This document shows positions 27,624-32,000 of a stretch of DNA of 32,000 bases, piece after piece. A program made the translations under genes and the position numbers. The number at the start of each line of letters is the position of its first letter. The first letter of the stretch is position 1. The notes beneath the pieces were generated by a model. That model did not search any database and was not told the DNA's origin. It worked only from the letters and a program-made list of their open reading frames with translations. Source of the DNA: Candidatus Saccharimonadota bacterium (GTDB lineage: Bacteria > Bacteroidota > Bacteroidia > Cytophagales > Amoebophilaceae); the NCBI RefSeq assembly GCF_003351905.1, contig NZ_CP022339.1, forward strand, positions 660,001 through 692,000, written 5' to 3'.

Positions 27624-29150
27624 ATGTACAATATCGGAGAACTCAATCAAAAACTTATTTCTGAGTTACGCGAAATAGCAGAAAGATTTAAAGTTAAAAG
27701 CTATAAAACGCTTTCAAAAGAGGAGCTAATTTATAAAATATTGGATCAGCAAGCGGTACTTCCGGAGGTTCCTCAGAAAAGACACAATGAGACGTTGGTT
27801 GCACCTATACAGCCGAAGGCAGTAGCGTCATCTGTATTACCTAAGAAGGCTTATCTAAAGTCTAGAGCGGTGGAAGCGCAGGTTGAACCTAGTTTGCAAA
27901 GTAAAAACAGTGAGGTCACAGAGTCAGAAAAATCAACTGTAGCTGAACGTTCTGCTGTTTCAACGGTCAAAGAATCAAAGGAAGTACCTCCTGCATTTGA
28001 AAAGAATAAAAAAGAGGCAGTGAGCCTGAATAACGTGGACACCACTATTGAAGGAGAGGGTGTGCTGGAGATTATGCAAGATGGTTATGGATTTTTACGT
28101 TCATCTGACTATCATTATTTAGCTAGCCCAGACGATGTCTATGTATCTCCTTCTCAAATCAAGTTATTTAACCTAAAAACAGGTGATACCATTCGGGGTA
28201 AAATACGTCCACCTAAAGAAGGGGAAAAATATTTTGCGCTTTTAAAGGTCATTTATATGAATGGTGTAACCACAGAAGAAGGACGCAATCGCATTCCTTT
28301 TGAACATCTTACACCCCTTTTTCCACATGATAAGTTGCATATTTCCAATGGGGCCAGTCAATATTCGACGCGTATTATGGATTTATTTTCTCCTATTGGT
28401 AAAGGGCAACGCGGTATGATTGTCGCACAGCCTAAAACAGGTAAAACGGTTCTATTAAAGGAGATTGCTAATGCCATTGCATCCAATCATCCAGAAGTCT
28501 ATTTGATTGTTCTTTTGATTGGGGAGCGTCCAGAGGAGGTGACGGATATGGCTAGGCATGTAAAAGCAGAGGTGATTGCCTCAACCTTTGATGAACAGGC
28601 TGAGCGACATGTAAAGGTTTCTAATATTGTTTTAGAAAAGGCTAAGCGCATGGTAGAATGTGATCGTGATGTGGTGATTCTGTTGGATTCTATCACTCGA
28701 TTGGCGCGGGCGCACAATACCGTTAGCCCTTCTTCTGGGAAGATACTTTCTGGTGGTATTGATGCCAATGCATTGCATAAGCCGCAACGATTTTTTGGTG
28801 CAGCGCGTAATGTAGAGCATGGGGGCTCATTGACCATTTTGGCTACCGCACTTATTGATACGGGCTCTAAGATGGATGAGGTAATTTTTGAAGAATTCAA
28901 GGGTACGGGTAATATGGAGTTGCAGTTGGATCGTAAACTGGCCAACAAACGTATCTATCCAGCTATTGATGTACCTGCTTCTGGTACAAGGCATGAAGAA
29001 TTATTGATTGGCAAAGAGGAGCTGGCGCGGATCTGGATATTGCGTAACATCATGGCCGATATGAGTTCTACAGAGGCTATGGACTTTCTACTCAAAAAAA
29101 TGCGGGGTACACGTAATAATGAGGAGTTTTTGGTCTCTATGAGTAATTAG
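27624..29150 (+). CDS. rho: Transcription termination factor Rho with an N-terminal insertion domain
   Basis: 508 aa. [24 protein letters not shown] (Rho_N), a roughly 95-aa S/E/K/V-rich insertion, then [17 protein letters not shown] (RNA-binding domain). Walker A AQPKTGKT, then [13 protein letters not shown] and RIYPAIDV. Confidence 0.95.
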   Translation: MYNIGELNQKLISELREIAERFKVKSYKTLSKEELIYKILDQQAVLPEVPQKRHNETLVAPIQPKAVASSVLPKKAYLKSRAVEAQVEPSLQSKNSEVTESEKSTVAERSAVSTVKESKEVPPAFEKNKKEAVSLNNVDTTIEGEGVLEIMQDGYGFLRSSDYHYLASPDDVYVSPSQIKLFNLKTGDTIRGKIRPPKEGEKYFALLKVIYMNGVTTEEGRNRIPFEHLTPLFPHDKLHISNGASQYSTRIMDLFSPIGKGQRGMIVAQPKTGKTVLLKEIANAIASNHPEVYLIVLLIGERPEEVTDMARHVKAEVIASTFDEQAERHVKVSNIVLEKAKRMVECDRDVVILLDSITRLARAHNTVSPSSGKILSGGIDANALHKPQRFFGAARNVEHGGSLTILATALIDTGSKMDEVIFEEFKGTGNMELQLDRKLANKRIYPAIDVPASGTRHEELLIGKEELARIWILRNIMADMSSTEAMDFLLKKMRGTRNNEEFLVSMSN

Positions 29151-29376
29151 TTAAAGGCTATATTTTTTAAGGTTTACCGTTTTACTGAAATGCTAGCTTC
29201 CTGTATCGGGGGGCGCATTATGTCCTTTACATTATTTGGATGGGTCTGTCCAATTATTATCTGTTCATGGCTATGCTACCCAAAAACGAGTGCAAAGTGC
29301 GTTTTACACGCAAACAATATACCTTGGAAACAGTTGTGAGTAGAAAGTGTCGTTGAAAGATGGGGAAGAAAGGAGC

Positions 29377-30132
29377 ATGTCATTTGAGCCCGCGAAGCGG
29401 GCGGGTTACGACGATAAATACAAAAAAAGTATGAAGCAGCTAACGGCTATTAGGATGGTTTGGTATGAAAATGAGCTGTTTTTTTACCTACTTACACTCC
29501 TATTGCTCATCGGGTTTTTGCCTTTTTTCCTATTGGATAAAGTTTCTTTTTTGATATGGCTCAAGCAGTGGCACCATCCTGTGGTAGATTGTATGGCGCC
29601 TTATTGGACCTGGTTAGGGGATGGGGTCATGTATATAGTTCTTCTATGGATGGTGGCCTTATGGCGTGTAAGTTGTAGGAGGCTACTCGTCATGGGAGGT
29701 AGCTTTGTCTCTATGTCTATTGTGGTACAATTGTTGAAGCGTGTTTTTTATACACATATGGTAAGGCCCATAGCCTTGCTTCCTGGAGATAAAACCTTGC
29801 ATCTAGTAGATGGCGTTCCCTTGTCAAGGGAGTTAAGTTTCCCTTCAGGTCACTCCGCTACCATCTTTCTGTTGATAACTGTTATACAGCTATTATCTAT
29901 AGATAAAAACAAAATATATAGTGTGTTCTTGTTAGGGCTAGCCCTAACGGTTGCCTATTCAAGGATTTATCTTTGTCAGCATTTTTATATGGATGTCTAT
30001 GCAGGTGCCTGGATTGGTACGATTGCAGCTGTGGTGGTATATATAGCTGTTATGCAGGTCAATGGGCCTAAGTGGTTGGATCGTTCTATCTATGGTTGGT
30101 TATGCACGCATGGAAAAGGGATTAAAAAATAG
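29377..30132 (+). CDS. PAP2-family membrane phosphatase (lipid phosphate phosphatase type)
   Basis: ORF 29347..30132 (GTG); an ATG at 29377 is possible and the start is uncertain. PAP2 motifs KRVFYTHMVRP, SFPSGHSAT and SRIYLCQHFYMDV (SRx5Hx3D). Multiple TM segments. Confidence 0.8.
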   Translation: MSFEPAKRAGYDDKYKKSMKQLTAIRMVWYENELFFYLLTLLLLIGFLPFFLLDKVSFLIWLKQWHHPVVDCMAPYWTWLGDGVMYIVLLWMVALWRVSCRRLLVMGGSFVSMSIVVQLLKRVFYTHMVRPIALLPGDKTLHLVDGVPLSRELSFPSGHSATIFLLITVIQLLSIDKNKIYSVFLLGLALTVAYSRIYLCQHFYMDVYAGAWIGTIAAVVVYIAVMQVNGPKWLDRSIYGWLCTHGKGIKK

Positions 30133-31741
30133 TTGGGTTGTTTGTTCTCTAATTGGCTTTGGCGTTATTTTTGCATGGGGCATAAGCGCGGTGCATCTAT
30201 TTGATTTAGATGAGCTCTATTTTGCTGAGATTACTAGAGAAATGATCCGTACGGGCTGTTATGGCCAAGTGACCTTTAATTTTGAACCACTCTACGAAAA
30301 ACCGCCGCTTTTCTTTTGGCTACAAGCGGCTAGTATGCATCTTTGGGGGGTGAATGAAATCGGTGCACGTTTTCCTAATTGGATTTGCGGACTGTTGACA
30401 CTTGCAACGGTATATTACATTGGTAGACATTACAAGGGGAGGTGGTTTGGTTTTGTATGGATGTGTTTGTATGCAACTGCTTTTTTGCCTCATTTTTACT
30501 TTAAATCAGCTATTATAGATCCTTTTTTTAACTATTTTTTGCTGCTGGCTATCTATTGTTTATCACGCGCAGCTACCTTATCTAAAAGAGGGTGGTATAG
30601 TTGTGCAGGGTTATCGATAGGCTGTGCGCTGTTGGCCAAAGGCCCTATGGCTTTGATGATACCGTTGGCTACTTTATCATTATCGTATACCTGGTTTAAG
30701 GAAAGCGTTGTGCAGTTGAAGTTACTGGTTTTAACTATATGGGTTGCGACAGTAGTCCTATCCTGTTGGTTGATTCCAGAAATTTGGGCGCATGGATGGA
30801 CTTTTATTAAAGAATTCTGGGCCTATCATTTATTGCTCTACCATAAACCTGTTGCTACCCATGCGCAACCTTGGTACTATCACTATCTAGTACTTTTCTT
30901 TGGCTGCTTTCCCAGTTCCCTATTTGCTATCTGCTTTTTGAAAGCAAATAGATGGTTGCAAAACCATTACTTTGCAGCGAATATGCAAGCTTTACTAGCA
31001 GTGGTTTTACTTATTTTTACACTAGTAGGTACTAAGATTGTGCATTATAGTTCTATGGCCTATTTCCCTATAACTTTTTTTGCTGCTGATTTTTTCTATC
31101 AGCAGGCTAGAAAATATAGCTATCCAGGCTATTGGTTTGTAGCCATTGGTTTAGCCATAGGGGGTACTTTGGTGTTTATGCCTTGGATGATGCGTCATAA
31201 ACATTTATGGGTTACGCTTATTAAAAATCAAGCGATCAAGGATGCATTGACGCTATCTGTTCTATGGAACTACTGGGATAGTTTGCCGGGTTTGGTCTAT
31301 ATTATAGGCATAGGCATAGCCTACTATTTCCTTTTGCAGCTTCGTTTGGTTCCTTTTATGGGCACCTTTATGGGCACCAATATGTGCGCGTTGGCATTAT
31401 TTTTGATCCGTGTTGCGCCTAAGATAGAAGCTTATACGCAAAAAGAAATGGTTGATTTTTGTAAAGCATGTAAAGGTAAATCGTTATACCTGCGTACCGT
31501 TGGTTTTAAATCAGCTGCACCTTTGTTCTATGCGGACCAATCAAAAACCTTGCAACAACCGGATATAGTTTGGCTATTAGAAGGGGCTATTGATAAACCT
31601 TGTTTGTTTATTCTATATAAAAGCGATAAAGCACTTTTAGCAGCCTATCCGTCGATCAAGCATATAAAAGATGCCGGCTGTTTCTCTTTTTATAAACGGT
31701 TGCCTAAAAGCTTCGTACCCATTCAACCTATAGTGGACTGA
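30110..31741 (+). CDS. ArnT/PMT-like membrane glycosyltransferase (GT39/GT83 type)
   Basis: ORF 30062..31741; the ATG at 30110 (MEKGLKNSW) is the likely start and overlaps the PAP2 stop by 23 nt. LDELYFAEITREMIRTGCYGQVTFNFEPLYEKPPLFFWLQAASMHLWGVNEIGARFPN matches the DE..Y.EIAREM...EKPPL motif region. More than 10 TM segments. Confidence 0.8.
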   Translation: MEKGLKNSWVVCSLIGFGVIFAWGISAVHLFDLDELYFAEITREMIRTGCYGQVTFNFEPLYEKPPLFFWLQAASMHLWGVNEIGARFPNWICGLLTLATVYYIGRHYKGRWFGFVWMCLYATAFLPHFYFKSAIIDPFFNYFLLLAIYCLSRAATLSKRGWYSCAGLSIGCALLAKGPMALMIPLATLSLSYTWFKESVVQLKLLVLTIWVATVVLSCWLIPEIWAHGWTFIKEFWAYHLLLYHKPVATHAQPWYYHYLVLFFGCFPSSLFAICFLKANRWLQNHYFAANMQALLAVVLLIFTLVGTKIVHYSSMAYFPITFFAADFFYQQARKYSYPGYWFVAIGLAIGGTLVFMPWMMRHKHLWVTLIKNQAIKDALTLSVLWNYWDSLPGLVYIIGIGIAYYFLLQLRLVPFMGTFMGTNMCALALFLIRVAPKIEAYTQKEMVDFCKACKGKSLYLRTVGFKSAAPLFYADQSKTLQQPDIVWLLEGAIDKPCLFILYKSDKALLAAYPSIKHIKDAGCFSFYKRLPKSFVPIQPIVD

Positions 31742-32000
31742 TTTTTGGGGACAGATTTTTGTGCTTGGCTCAATAGACTGGCAGAAAATTCGTTTTTTTT
31801 TCTAGTTTCTTACTAATTTTTGGATTAAAATAGAGAACATTTCTCCTCATTTTCTTTTTTTCTATTGAATCTTCGCTTTTTGAATCAAATTTTATTTTCT
31901 AATTGTTTTATTTATAATATTAGATGAATACTTTGTTTAATATTATTAGTTTATATGTATATCACTGGTTGGTATCTTATAAACTTAATATTCTGATCTT

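Noticed and set aside
29368-29379. GAAAGGAGC directly upstream of the ATG at 29377 looks like a Shine-Dalgarno site
   Set aside because: It is a single occurrence. The 16S anti-SD core in this window is altered and the other starts lack such motifs. It does not settle the PAP2 start codon.
31739-31765. TGATTTTTGGGGACAGATTTTTG after the ArnT-like stop resembles the MITE arm TGATTTTTTGTCCAC/TGATTTTTTGCCAAC
   Set aside because: Only the first ~9 nt match and the window ends soon after. It cannot be distinguished from AT-rich background.

Overview
The window looks like a Bacteroidota genome. The 16S has Cytophagia/Amoebophilaceae-like signatures, Rho carries an N-terminal insertion, upstream regions are A-rich with no Shine-Dalgarno motif, and there is a TAnnTTTG-type promoter box. 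Reduced or host-associated character is an inference from the solitary 16S gene, the IS and MITE debris, and the secreted or eukaryote-like proteins. Most of the window is housekeeping: topA (partial), accA, ileS, a bioY-bioM-bioN biotin ECF transporter, trmB, map, folA, dnaN, rfbB, serS, rho and a PAP2 phosphatase/ArnT-like glycosyltransferase pair. RNA genes are one 16S rRNA with no linked 23S or spacer tRNAs, plus tRNA-Ala(UGC), tRNA-Ser(CGA) and tRNA-Gln(UUG). Mobile debris comprises a truncated IS3-type OrfA abutting tRNA-Ala and at least three copies of a palindromic MITE-like repeat, two of which bracket the biotin transporter. The most unusual region is 19.4-25.6 kb. Two diverged, head-to-head paralogous membrane proteins each carry a multi-TM block, a degenerate HATPase_c-like domain and a degenerate RelA/SpoT-type HD-like domain. 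They flank a signal-peptide-bearing coiled-coil ClpP-family protease and tRNA-Gln. I know of no described system with this architecture. All domain calls were made by eye from motifs and need profile or structure searches. The 16S also has a weakened anti-Shine-Dalgarno tail and a compensated G1405A/C1496U decoding-site pair.
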